Position numbers and translations under genes: made by a program
Assembly: GCA_001643675.2 (NCBI GenBank)
Contig: LSRY02000001.1
Span: forward strand, 1 to 64,000
DNA length: 64,000 nucleotides
Direction of reading: 5' to 3'
Source: Monocercomonoides exilis PA203
Taxonomy: Eukaryota; Protista; Preaxostyla
The notes under the pieces: generated by a model
Databases searched by the model: none
What the model was told of the DNA's origin: nothing
What the model saw: only the letters and a program-made list of their open reading frames with translations
Shown here: positions 36,968 to 47,900 of the stretch, piece after piece
Layout: every line of letters begins with the position of its first letter
Position numbering within the stretch: position 1 is the first letter of the stretch

Positions 36968-39900
36968 CTATCCGTCAACAACGACCACAAACGAATCCCC
37001 ATGAAGCCATTTGCTATCGAACTCAACGGACACTGTCTTTGATGTCTGAGGCATCAGACCAAACCAATTATCGCTGAAATACACAGGAAGCACTCGAGAA
37101 GTCAATGGCACAGAAGTTGAAGAAGAAGAAGAAGATGATGATGGCACTCTGTACAATTGCAAATGCACCAAAAGCGCAGGATCAGGTGATGTGTTGTTGA
37201 GTGTAACAGAAAAGCGTCGAATGCTGCTTTGAGATGCAGAATCGGGCAATGAACTTGGTGTTGCAGACCAAAATGACAGCAGCGATGGTGCTGGCGTCTC
37301 TTCAACTCCTGAAACGCCTGCTGCAATCGTGGCATTCTTCAACCCAGAAAAGTCCATAAACGAGCGACTCCCTCCGACTTTGTCCCAATAAAAGTTGTCT
37401 GAAATCACTTCCACCTCCTTTCCCTTCACCTGACTTGCTCTTGTGCTCACAAAGAAGATCCCTTCCTGAGGCACCGAAAAGGCAAATGGCGGTGGAGAAA
37501 CCATCGTATTTTCGCTCATCGTCATCTCTCCTTCAAAGCTGTTCAGTTTCTTCCCATGGAGATCGTGCACCCACACTTCAATCTTCACATTCTCCCATCT
37601 TTTCCACGCGTTGTTCACAACAGAAATGTTCTTGCTGTCGATGTTGTACACAACACTGAACGGCTGGTTGCCCTTCTTGCACCCAAAATACCCTGCATTC
37701 GTGTCGAAGAAGAAATCGTACGTCTGCCACACCATCGAAGGCCAGCACGACTGGCTCATCCACATCAGCAGCCCTCGGCTTTCCCGCAACGTGGATCCTT
37801 CAAACATCGCCTTATGGTTCTCATAGTTCACAAACTGCGACCGCCAAACAAACTCCTCAAACGGATTCGCTGCAAATGATGCTGAGCAAATCAATGACGA
37901 GGTGTTTGAATCGTTTGAGTTTGTAGATGAAGAACCCGCACAAGCAACTTCACTTGCAGCCTCTTTATTAAAGACTCTATCATTGCCAAAAAGCGTTGCT
38001 TCGCTCAGGAACCTTCTTCCATTCTGTGCAGAACCCAAAGCAAAGTCATGAAGCCCCCACAGCTCACCCCTCGGCCACAGCCGATGTGCCTGCAGCATTT
38101 CTCTGATGGAGCGCGCACTCGGAACATTCGGCATCCCCATCTCTGTGTGGAACGTCTTCGAATTAGACCGATAGTAATAGGCTGGCCCTTGCACCGAATA
38201 TGGCCCGTTCCCTGTCAGCGCAACTCCCTCTGTCATTCCAGTCGAAGAGCCCACAAACAATCTGCTCCCATCCAGTTCTGTTGTTGCCTGCTTCAGCGGT
38301 TGATACAGCGATGCAGGTGGCGATCCTTCGTTCCTGCCGCAGTACACACACAGTGATGGGTGCTTCCGCGCCCACCTCACCTTATCTCTTGCATTTCTCA
38401 TGAACATCCCTGGATCATCTGGTTCTGGCCCGTCCCACGGGTTTGCCAGCCAGAAGTCATCGAATATCAATATCCCATTCCTGTCACACGCCGAATAGAA
38501 CTCTTCGTCTCCTGTCATCCCAACCCAATTCCGAATCATCGTGAAGTGCGCCTCTTTGTGCAGCCGCACACGTATCTCGTAGTCTTCTGCTGTTCGGCAA
38601 CGCATCATCGACTCGTCCATCCCCCAGTTTCCGCCCGAGCAAAAAATCGGCTTGCCGTTTATTATCACCGTCAATATTCCGTTTTTCGGGAAATACAAGT
38701 CCCTCACTCCAACGTCGAATGAATAAAAATCACTCAACAGTTTCGTGAGCTTGTCACCATCATTCGTGCTGTTGGAAGATGACTGCTCATTCAGCATCAT
38801 TTTCCCTTTCGCTGCCTCTTCGGTGATTGTATCAACGATTTCTTTCGCTTCCACATGGCACTTGTAAAGGTGCTGCTCGCCATAGCGATTCGGCCACCAC
38901 AACTTTGGGTTGTCCAGTGTGGCATTGATCTCCACTGTCTTTGTCTCCTGTGCACTCAGCTCCAAAGTCTGCACAAACTCAACATCTGTTCCTTCGAGTG
39001 TTGCTCTGACCTCCACCTTCTTGGATTCCGCTGGCTGCATCTGCTTCGAAACTGAAACGTCGTTCTGCTCACTTTTGCTCCTGTCTCCTTCTTCTCCGCC
39101 GACTGCATTCATCACCTCACACCGAAATGTCAGCTGTGCCTGCTTCGAGTTTCCCACGCTCCTCACATGTGTCTCCACCCACGGGTCTCGCACCACCACA
39201 TCGCCTGTAAACGTCAGGTACACATCGTTGTATATCCCTGTGTTCCGCCCCCTCACTGTCATCACCCAGTCCCATCCCACACTCGCGTGAATCGTCGGGT
39301 TGTCTTTCCCCAGAACTCCTCCGTTGTGCCCTGCATAGCTTTCTGTTTTCGTGTCAACTTCTCCAGGGTTGTTGCATCGATGGATAAACACAGCAATGTG
39401 ATTCAGTTCTTTCTGCGATGCATTTGAAGATGACCCAGACAGCCCATCAGCGCCATTCTCTGCAGCCTTCTCTGGCTTGTATTTGATCAGGTTTGTAATG
39501 TCATACTTCCCTCGAATGAACGCTCCTTCAATCCTTTTTGACAGAAGCACCCCATTCACCCAAATGTCTGCCTTCCAGTTGATCCCATCGAAGTTCAGCC
39601 AGCACCGCTTCCCTCTCATCTTCTCACTCACATCAAACCCACAGCAATACCAAAAGTCTGTCGTGAAGAACCAATCAGAGATTTGCAGCTGCTGATCCCC
39701 AAAGTTCGGATCAGGTATCGCCCCCACGTTCAAATAAGACACAAGCACTGTTCCAGGCACTGTGGCAATCACCCATCCATCTTCCATTCGATCCGCTTTG
39801 TCCGCTTCTTCCTTTGCTTGTTCGGTATTCCTTCCAACTGTGCCCCCAGATTGTTCTCTTTCTATTATGTCTTCATCAAACTCTTTCCCAAGCGACAATT

Positions 39901-40972
39901 CACTTCCCTTTCCCTCCACTTCTGATGCCCTCTTCACTTTCCAGCTTCCCCCACTCAAGTCTTGCCGCATCCGTTTTTCGTCAAACGGCGGTCGAGGGCT
40001 TGGCTTCACAACCAGATCGTTGCTCCCAATCACTTCGATCTGTGCAACTCTGATCGCGGAAAACCTCGATGGAGTATCAAGAGGCGATGAGAGAGGCTTT
40101 GCAACTGCACCTCGAACGAGCAATTTCATCAGCCTGCAGGAAATGTCATCCTTCAATTTGATTGTGTGCACTGTTCCTTTGCTTCCACCGCTTCGCTCCT
40201 CATACACACTCGCAAACACTGCCTTTCCGTTTTGCAATTCGCTTGTGCTCCCGTTGCTCGCAAGGATGCCGTATTCGTGGCCGATGCTGTCCAGCCCCCA
40301 CGAAATCACCACAGTGCTCAATGAGCTCAGCGCCCCAAAGTCAATCACCACCCACTCGTTGTTGGTTGTCCGCGCCTCCCAATAGTTGTCTCTAACTTTC
40401 GCCCTGTTGCTCGCTGGCCGATGAAGAATCGACTTTCCGTCCGCGTCAAGCAGATCAAACTCTGCCAGTTCAAGCATCCCCCCATACATCCCTTCTGTGT
40501 TCCCGTTGTTCTTTGTGATGTTGAGTCTGTATGTCGCGAAGCGTATTTTTTGATCGATTTGGAAGTGCGAAGCTTCTGTGTCGTTTTCCTCAAACATAAA
40601 GTTTGCAACATCGCTCAGGATGGCCCATGTTCGATTGTCGTTCGATCCCAACAGCGTCCACGACTTCGGGTTTCTGCTCGACGCATAAGTCCCTGGCCGG
40701 ATTGTGTATGAAGACGCTGGCTTTGCTGACGACGGAACAGTCACATCCACCCATGTCTGCGGGTGGATGCAAATGAATGTTTGATTGCGGTTCCTGTTCA
40801 GCAGCGTTCGCACCGAATGAGTGCGCGGCTGATCGAGCCATTGCGATGAGATGCTGATTGTGTTGTTGGGCTTCAAAGTCGAAATTAGTCCGTTTGTCGT
40901 CAGATGGCCTGTTTTGTGAACATCAATCGAGCTTGAGTGATACGCAGCTCGAAGGAGCGCAATATTTCTCAC
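36968..40972 (-). CDS. Glycoside hydrolase family 2 (beta-mannosidase / exo-beta-glucosaminidase-like) with N-terminal F5/8-C (CBM32-like) domains; true start upstream and unresolved
   Basis: LNFDGINWKADIWVNG, PKLWWPNRYGEQHLY, INGKPIFCSGGNWG, MIRNWVG, EFYSACDRNGILIFDDFW, HPSLCVYCGRNE (acid/base Glu) and FHTEMG (nucleophile Glu). The ORF begins at GTG with no nearby in-frame ATG. Confidence 0.9.
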   Translation of the reverse strand: MRNIALLRAAYHSSSIDVHKTGHLTTNGLISTLKPNNTISISSQWLDQPRTHSVRTLLNRNRNQTFICIHPQTWVDVTVPSSAKPASSYTIRPGTYASSRNPKSWTLLGSNDNRTWAILSDVANFMFEENDTEASHFQIDQKIRFATYRLNITKNNGNTEGMYGGMLELAEFDLLDADGKSILHRPASNRAKVRDNYWEARTTNNEWVVIDFGALSSLSTVVISWGLDSIGHEYGILASNGSTSELQNGKAVFASVYEERSGGSKGTVHTIKLKDDISCRLMKLLVRGAVAKPLSSPLDTPSRFSAIRVAQIEVIGSNDLVVKPSPRPPFDEKRMRQDLSGGSWKVKRASEVEGKGSELSLGKEFDEDIIEREQSGGTVGRNTEQAKEEADKADRMEDGWVIATVPGTVLVSYLNVGAIPDPNFGDQQLQISDWFFTTDFWYCCGFDVSEKMRGKRCWLNFDGINWKADIWVNGVLLSKRIEGAFIRGKYDITNLIKYKPEKAAENGADGLSGSSSNASQKELNHIAVFIHRCNNPGEVDTKTESYAGHNGGVLGKDNPTIHASVGWDWVMTVRGRNTGIYNDVYLTFTGDVVVRDPWVETHVRSVGNSKQAQLTFRCEVMNAVGGEEGDRSKSEQNDVSVSKQMQPAESKKVEVRATLEGTDVEFVQTLELSAQETKTVEINATLDNPKLWWPNRYGEQHLYKCHVEAKEIVDTITEEAAKGKMMLNEQSSSNSTNDGDKLTKLLSDFYSFDVGVRDLYFPKNGILTVIINGKPIFCSGGNWGMDESMMRCRTAEDYEIRVRLHKEAHFTMIRNWVGMTGDEEFYSACDRNGILIFDDFWLANPWDGPEPDDPGMFMRNARDKVRWARKHPSLCVYCGRNEGSPPASLYQPLKQATTELDGSRLFVGSSTGMTEGVALTGNGPYSVQGPAYYYRSNSKTFHTEMGMPNVPSARSIREMLQAHRLWPRGELWGLHDFALGSAQNGRRFLSEATLFGNDRVFNKEAASEVACAGSSSTNSNDSNTSSLICSASFAANPFEEFVWRSQFVNYENHKAMFEGSTLRESRGLLMWMSQSCWPSMVWQTYDFFFDTNAGYFGCKKGNQPFSVVYNIDSKNISVVNNAWKRWENVKIEVWVHDLHGKKLNSFEGEMTMSENTMVSPPPFAFSVPQEGIFFVSTRASQVKGKEVEVISDNFYWDKVGGSRSFMDFSGLKNATIAAGVSGVEETPAPSLLSFWSATPSSLPDSASQSSIRRFSVTLNNTSPDPALLVHLQLYRVPSSSSSSSSTSVPLTSRVLPVYFSDNWFGLMPQTSKTVSVEFDSKWLHGDSFVVVVDG

Positions 40973-41094
40973 CTCAGAAGCAATATTTTGTAAGACTAAA
41001 TTTCATTTGTTATATACTGTGAAATACTCAAATATTATTTCTTTCAAACACAAATGAATAATTATGATCATGAATAACCATAATAAGGATCATA

Positions 41095-41689
41095 ATGACA
41101 GACGGAAAGATCGAAAAAACCTGGGATAAACAAGGACAAGCTGGTGATGATTCTTATCATTATACATTTAATTATCAAACTCAATGTTTTATTTCCTATC
41201 GTTATTTATTGTGACATTTCAGGTATTCAACAATTGTTTGAAGCTGAAGCAGAAGCTGGCAAAATTGTTGAACAAGCCAAACAAAGTTTGTTGTTTTCTC
41301 TACAGTTTAACATTTTTATTTTAACCTTTTTTGTAATTCGTTGATATCTCATGGTTAATTTGTATCTTCAATGTTAGAGCGAATTCAACTCATGAAATCA
41401 GCAAAGGAAGATGCAGATCGTGAAGCTCTTGAATTCAGAAAGAAATTGGAAGCAGAGTACTTACAAGAAGTTGCAAAGGTAACATTTCTTATTAGGATCT
41501 CGATTCCTCTCATTTTATAAAACTTTTCAAATATTTTTTCTTATTCTTAAGTTTGACGGGACAGACTCGGAGTACTTTACTGGCCTTGATGAAAAGAAAG
41601 AAGAACTATTAGAAAAAATGAGAAAGGATGCGGCATCACATGAACAAGAAGTAGTTTCTCTCTTAGTCGAAGCTGCAACAAAATTCTAA
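41095..41689 (+). CDS. ATP6V1G: V-type proton ATPase subunit G; 4 exons (41095-41143, 41223-41285, 41378-41478, 41552-41689)
   Basis: The spliced product MTDGKIEKTWDKQGQAGIQQLFEAEAEAGKIVEQAKQKRIQLMKSAKEDADREALEFRKK...LLVEAATKF* matches the GIQQL--AE--A---V--A----R-K-AKE-A signature. All introns are GT-AG. Confidence 0.9.
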
Positions 41690-41987
41690 TTAAACATTCA
41701 TTTTGTTGTAATAGCCTCGCAATTTTTAAATTAAATTCTATTTGCTTACAGTCTCTTCAAGCTACAATGTCTTCATCTCACTTTTCTTTCTCTAAGCGTT
41801 ATGATACATGTTCATTTTCACATTGAATTCATCATTTTATATTCACCATTGTCGTTTTTATCGTTAATACGGGATTTATAATAACATAACATGAAACTGT
41901 TTCAATGAAAAGTACTTTGATTTTATAGTTTTTTTCTGGTCCATAATTTATGTATTGAATTCTTTGTGATCATTTCACACTGAATTC

Positions 41988-44900
41988 ATGGGCAACCTTG
42001 AAGCAAAGAGTGAAGATCTTATTGTTGTTAATAAAAACATAGATTTTTTAATCGATAAATTTATAATACATTGCCAAAAGCTTACAAATGTTGAATTGAG
42101 ACGAAATGAGTTTGTTATTGACAATTTCGGATAATTAAAAATTCAAGCAATTTATGTGATATTTATTTCATTTATTAACATATCTTTGGAAGATTGAAAC
42201 AATTTCCAGGTGGAATTGTTAAGTTCAAAACAATGAAACGTCTTAAGATTGCTGTTAATCGTCTGGAAGAAATTCAACCAGAAATCTATGGATTTCCCGC
42301 TCTAGAAATTCTTGACTTATCTTACAATTTTATAAAAACTTTAAAACTTTCAGCGTTTAAGGTGTTTTATTTTTTTGTTTTTTTTCTTTTTCAGATAAAA
42401 AAAATTATTTTTACGAATTTAGTCACCAAAACTGAAGGAATTAATACTTTTATCAAATCGTATTGATACCTTTCAAGTTGAAAAATGTCTTTCACTTTCT
42501 CAATGTTTAACAAATTTGGATATGACAGGCAACCGGTTTGCCTACATTTAATTTCTTTTTTCAAAAGTTAGATATTTTTAATTTTAACTTAAAATAAATA
42601 TGCACAAGTTTATCTTCGCTTCCTTTTGAATTATTTTCCTTTACACAACGCTCTCCTATTCCTTCACTGCAACGATTAATCCTTTCTAACAATATGTTCA
42701 TATCTCTTCCATCTTCAACGTTTTTTCCATTTCCTAACTTAAAAATCCTTGATCTTTCATTCAACATGCTTACAACACTGCCAACTCCTTCAGACCCCCA
42801 TACGATTTCCGTGTTTGATGCGCTTCCCAACCTGGAGCAACTGAATCTGCAGTACAACAAACTCACCGAGCTTCCATCGAACCTGTTTTATCCGCTGAAG
42901 AAGCTGACCCAGCTGAACATCGAAGGCAACCAGCTGTCGTATCTGCCCACGTCCTTTTGGCACCTCAAGTCGCTCGTCTGTCTGAAGGCAGCGAGAAACT
43001 GCCTGTCCGCATTCTCTTCGCAGCTGTACACAGAAATGGAGAGGAAGCGGAAGGCAAACGAGCAGAACTACCAGAGGCTCCTCACTCGCACCCCTATCAC
43101 TGCCTCCTCCTCCTCCTCCTCTTCTTCTTCTTCTGTTTCTTCTGCTAACAACATAAACAATACCCCTTCAGCTGCGTCTCCAAGCACCACAACACCAACA
43201 ACTGGAACAGCAATGACATCTTCTTTAAATTCATCATCATCCTCCTCCTCACTGCCATCATCCTCATCCTCATCCTCATCTCTTGCCACTCCTTCTCCTC
43301 TTCGCCCATCACAGCCCATCTCATCAGCCACTTCATCCACACTCTTCCAAATCCCCTTTCAGCATCCGTCGTCTCATCCTCCTTTTCACCCTCCTCCTCC
43401 TCCTTCTCTTCCTCCTCCAAACTCTTCCTATTTCCGCCCAACACTTTTGATGACTCAAAACACAGCAGCAGACTCACAAATACACAAAACTGGCCCAAGT
43501 ATTTCTTTTTCTCCATCTTCTTCTGTTTCTGGCATATTGCCACCACCTCCTTCACCATCGACTTCATTGTCATCATCCTCTTCTTCTTCTTCTTCTTCTT
43601 CTTCTTCTTCTGCTTCTTCTTCTTCCTTGTCTGACGACTCCTGCCTCGACGAAGGGGAGTGGGAGACGACGAAGATTGACGATGAGGTGTTCAAAGAGAT
43701 CAGCGTGTCTGTCTTCAGCGAAGTTCTGAAGAATCTTCGAGAAGCTGACTTCAGCTACAACATGATTGGCATCGGGCTGGGTCTGTCTGAAGACGAAGAG
43801 CGCGACGAGGCTGTGGCACAGAAGGACGAGTACGACAAGCCATTCGATGAAGGAAGCTGGATGAAGACGAGGTTTCCTGTGAATTCTCTTCGAAGTGATG
43901 GAAGTTATAATAATAATAATAACAAAAATCACAGAGCATCTTTTGGTGCATCTACTGCTCCCCCTGCTCCTTCACCACCTTTTCCTCCCCCGTCTTCTTC
44001 GCCTTCCTTCAGAAACACACCACTTCCTTCTCTTTCCCCTTCTTTTTCATCCTCTTCCTCCAACCTTTCTTCCTCCTCCTCCCTCTCAACACTCTCGACC
44101 CTATCATCTCTCTCATCATCATCATCCTCTTCTTCTTCTTCATCCACAACCACACCAGAAGCCCTCCATGAGCTCCAAATGCAGCGTGTGCGCCGTGAGC
44201 TTCTTGCCTGGTTCAAACACCGCCGCGAGACCTCCCAAAACGCGTCGTCTGTGCCCTTCTCGTGCATCCCCTTTCCTTCCCTTGAGACACTCAACCTCTC
44301 CCACAACCGCATCACCTCCACCGCCCTCCCGCACTTGGGCATTGCCCAGCTCTCATCTCTCACCCGCCTCGATCTCTCGCACAACCCCATCCGCTCCTTC
44401 AGCCCGTCTGCTGTTGCATTCCCGTCTTCTCCTTCTCCTCTGCAGCACCTGCGCCTCTGCAGCTGCCAGCTGCACACGGTTGATGAGCAGTGGGACAAGC
44501 GCATTGCTTCTGTGAAGAGGAAGGAAGAAGAACAGATCTCTTTGAGTAATGGCAGTGGCAGTGGTAGTATTTCTAGTCCATTCAGAATGTCAGCAACATC
44601 ACAGTCATCTTTTGATTCATCCTCTTATTCATTCAGCACTCCATTTCTGGCAGACACGGCGAGTGATGTTGTGTGTGTTGACCATTGTGATGCTGAAGAT
44701 GCTCGTCTGTGGTCAATTGGCCCCCACTCTGCCAGTCTCTTCGGAAGGAATGAGAGCAGAGAAGAGAGAAGGCGTGATGCCTCTTCAGCTTCAACAAGGG
44801 CTGCCCAGTGGAGTGTGTTTGCCTCTCTCCGTCTGCTGGACTTGTCGATGAACCCACTCCTCTCAACACTTCCTCCTTCAATCGCTCTTCTCTCGCTGAA

Positions 44901-47900
44901 TGAGCTGAGGCTGGCGGCGTGTGGATTCACAGAGCTGCCACTGCCATTGATACAAGGGGCGATCAGAAGAGAGGAGAAGGAGAGGGAGAGAGAGAGGGCG
45001 AATTCAAAAGACAGAGAGAGAAGTGGGAGTTCGCCTTTCTTTGCTTCTGGAGGCAGTCATGGAAACAGTAATAACAGCGATAGCATCAATAGTGTGAATA
45101 TGAATATGAGTGTGAATGGAGGAGGAATAACAGGAGGAGGAGTCGGAGGAGGTGTTTGTGTGAGTGGGCAGGGTATGTCACACAGCTTCGGCAGCTCTCC
45201 ACTTGCTATTCAATCGAACATACGCACAATTAACATGAACACAAACACATTCAACAGCAATAGCAACATCAACAACTCTTCTGCCTTTGGAGGAGCGATG
45301 CATTTTGCTGGCAGCTCCTCTTCAGACACAAACAATCCTGGCTGTTTGATGAACAGCTGTGGAGGAATGCCCAACACTCTCAGCAATCCTCACCCTCCTT
45401 TCCATTGCACCCACTCGCCTTCTCTTCATCACAAAGATCCCGTCCCTCTTTTGCCGTCGAAGGAAGCTGTACCAATTGAAAAGTCACTCACTTCTCTTGT
45501 TCTCTCCTGCAATCGCATCTCTTCCTTGTCTGTTCCTCTTTCTTTCATTCAACACCACTCCATCGCCACAAACTCGTTCTTCTCTCGTTTTGCAAACAGA
45601 ACTGGCTCTTCTGTTGGAGTGCTGACATCTTCTTTACCAGCTTCTTTTGTTCCTTATAGCCCTTCTTCTTCTTCTTCTTCTTCTTTTACTTCTTCTTCTC
45701 CCTTATCCTCTTCTTCCTCTACTTCAGTTGCATCTTCATCATCTTCTTTATTGCCAACTGCTTTCTCTGCAAATGTTGTCAATTCAACATTAAATACATC
45801 TTCTTCTTCTTCTTCTTCTTCACATGATTCACCATCCTTTTACAGCACCATCCCTCAACCATCCCAATCACATCTCTTATTCGATGAATGCAACCCCTTT
45901 GAACGTATATCTCCCCTCGAGTCATTCACAAAGCTCGCCAAATTGGATCTGAGCTGGAACAATCTCACTGAACTGCCTTCTTCTTTCCCCAAAATGACAA
46001 CACTTTCAACACTCAACTTGTCTGGCAACAGAATGCTCTTTGCGCCTCACCCGCTTTTTGGCAGTTTGCAGCCGTTTTCTTCTGCTTATGATGTTTCTTC
46101 CTCTTCTTCTAATTCTAATTCTCTTCCTTCTTCTCACATTCAACATTCATCAATTCCCTCGTCCAATATAAACATCTCTTCTGATCATAGCATTCCTTCT
46201 TTGTCTCCTCCATCTGCAACATCAGTCTCAAATGTCCCAACCCCTCTTTCTATTTCTCCTCCTCTCCCACCTCCCCCTTCTTCTCCTTCTTCCTCTTCCT
46301 CTTCTTCTTCTTCCTTTTCGCAAGCCTCTCAGCCTTCTCTTATCATCCCCCCCTCTCCTCCTCACTCCATCACAAAGATATCTCCTCTTCCTTCCGATTC
46401 CAGTGCTTCTTCATTTGCTGTCCAAAGCCAGCTCCAAAAGAGAATAAAATCTTCAACTTCAGACATCCTCATTCGACCACCCGCCAAACGAAGACATCAT
46501 CCCCTGCAGCTCATTCCGCCTTTTGTGGAGAATTTGTCGTTGGATTTCACTTCTCTTTCGTCTTTCTCTGCTTTCCAGTTGCTCACTTCTTGTCCAGATG
46601 CGAATCGTTCAAGTGCTTTGTCTGCTAGCAATTTATCTTCTTCCTCTCCTTCTTCTTCTTTTTCTCCTTCTCCTTCTTCTCCTTCTTCATCTTCCTTCAA
46701 TCCGCCTTCCTCCTTCTTCAAACAGCACCCTCGTCTCTCCACTTTCACTTGCGCTGGCAACCATCTTCGTGTTATGCCACCTGATTTCTATCAACTTTTG
46801 AAAGGTACTCTTCAAACATCCTTTGCACCTCAGCTGATTAATTCTCAATTGTTTTCTTCTTCTTCTTCTTCTTCTTCTTCTTCCTCGTCATCTTCTTCTT
46901 TCTCTCCTTTATCCATTTCTTCTTCTTCTTCCCCAGCTTCTCCTCTCAAAACAGTTGACTTATCCTTCAACTGCATAGAAGAGATGGATGAGTTGCTGAA
47001 TGTTCCTCTGACTGAGCTGGCGTCAATGAAAATGCTCGATTTGACAGGCAATCCTCTCTGCCACAACACAAAATGGATGGAAAAGATGAGAGAAAGAGTG
47101 GCTCCGAAGCAGAAAGCGGAGAAAGAGAAAGAGAAGGAGAAGGAGAAAGAGAATAATAATAACATCTATTGTAACACAACAACACAAACACAAACAACTC
47201 AAAACATTCAGCCACTTCAGCAACCAAGTCAACAGCATCTGATGAATTCCTCTTCTCATCCTCCTTCTCATCCCTCTTCTCAGCAGCCACAATGCCAGCA
47301 GACCACTCTCTCCTCTCTTCTTCCTCTTTATTCTTCTTTCGAATATCCCTCTCAATTTGTCAATCGCATCCCCTTTCGCAGTCGTGTGCTGAATGTGAGT
47401 GGAAGAATAATACCTAAACAATCAAGTTTAACAGAAACATTAACAGAAACAACAACACAAGAAATATCACAGACAAAGAAACAGACTCAAGTTTCTGGTA
47501 AAACTGATACAGTTCAGTGTGTTTTGAAGGAAAAGCAGAAGATTAATAAGGAAGATGGAAAAGATAAAGAAGAAAAAGAAGGGGGAAATGAAGATGAAAA
47601 TGAAGAGAAAAACAAAGAAATAAATCATAAAGATGATGTTTCGTCTTCAACATCGCAAAATACACAGCAGATGAATTCAAAGTCATCAATTGATGCAAAA
47701 CAGACACAAAATCCAAATAACTTAACTATTTTACCTCTTCCTCTTTCTTCTCCATTTTCTTCTTTTTCTCCTCCTCCTTCTTCATCATCATCCAAACACA
47801 CAATTTTACTTGCTGCTTCTCCCTTTCAGCCAGCTGAAATATCACAAAATGCATCTTTCATTTCTGTGCCGACACCACAATTTCCATCTCCTTCTTCATC

